NCBI RefSeq assembly: GCF_964204645.1
Contig: NC_134033.1
Location: 10,610,655-10,674,654 of the forward strand
DNA length: 64,000 nt
Source: Tubulanus polymorphus
Lineage: Eukaryota > Animalia > Nemertea
Direction: 5' to 3'
Shown here piece by piece: positions 63,241-64,000 of the stretch. Within the stretch, counting starts at the first letter, position 1, and each line of letters opens with the position of its first letter. The notes beneath the pieces were generated by a model, which saw only the letters and a program-made list of their open reading frames with translations, did no database searches and had not been told where the DNA came from. The position numbers and the translations under genes are program-made.

Positions 63241-63899
63241 CGGATTGAAACAGTTCTGGTTCATTGCCAGAAATCTATTTCAATTTCAGGCAGTTTATCT
63301 ACTATAAAACTCACAATTCTAAGCAAAAATAAAAACAAAAACATGCAAACCATTTGAAATATAAATTGGTGAATCGATTAAAAATGAATTGCTAGCCCTT
63401 AAAGTACGAAATGTTCGAACCCAAATACAAATTTTCTAGCACGCAGATTTCATCTCAACATTGTCAAAAAAATGAGATATGTATATATTGAGGGCAGCAG
63501 CGGTGATAGAGCGAACAAAGACTTGAAGCCGCTGATAAAATAGTTACAAGAGTTTGAACAACTTTAGTTACATATACTTCAGGTTTAGGAGAGAAAGAGG
63601 GATGCCAATACACGTTCTGTATGAGAAACGCAGCAATGTTTGTATAGTTATTTCCCCTCCCAGACACTTCATCGTGTAACCCATCGATACAATACCTCGC
63701 AAAACTATCCGCATCCTATAGTAGTTAAGTGAGGACAAATTCTATGAAAACTAAAAGATGATTCTAGAAATTGTTACAGATATGTTTCACTGTATGTATG
63801 ATAATGTAAATCATTTTGAGAAACATTTGCCTCGGTATTCTTTTTAAAAATGTCTTAAATTGATGAGTTACTGAATCTAGAAGTTGGACTGAACTATGA

Positions 63900-64000
63900 A
63901 CTCAGGAGCCAGTTCCACAGTGTGTGAGTAAGAGTTAACTAGAAGTTAGACGTAACTCTGAACTTAGGATCGAGGACCCAGTTCTAAAGTTGTGAGTTAA
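63900..64000. mobile_element. Ends of CWG-type MITEs (truncated by window edge)
   Basis: CAGGAGCCAGTTCCACAG and GGACCCAGTTCTAAAGTTGTGAGTT resemble the family TIR. Confidence 0.5.

Overview
Animal (invertebrate bilaterian, lineage not determinable from sequence alone) genomic DNA. It is AT-rich but visibly CpG-rich outside repeats. The only supportable protein-coding gene is an intronless SoxB1 (Sox1/2/3-type) HMG-box transcription factor on the minus strand (6789-7859, 356 aa from the first ATG). It has a motif-rich promoter (CCAAT x2, GC box, CRE palindrome, Sox site, POU octamer) and three perfect Pumilio elements in its presumed 3' UTR. The ~56 kb upstream is a gene desert. In it, candidate enhancer islands (K50/Otx, Sox+POU+TCF, NK2, Six, TALE motif clusters, several built as perfect palindromes) alternate with repeats: CWG-flanked PIF/Harbinger-like MITEs with internal 47-bp arrays, pogo/Tigger-like MITEs, an element with an internal tRNA-like module, minisatellites (one with higher-order structure), (TA)n and GA/CT tracts. 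The most notable non-obvious content is: (1) more than a dozen short-stem-III hammerhead-ribozyme motifs of the Penelope-like-element type, one of them intact (28780-28821, minus) inside a 20-bp inverted repeat; (2) CTCF-like sites at both ends of the SoxB1 landscape; (3) a cluster of RNA hairpins at 1.9-2.35 kb; (4) a 120-bp near-perfect palindrome at 18 kb. All regulatory calls are motif-based inference made by eye.
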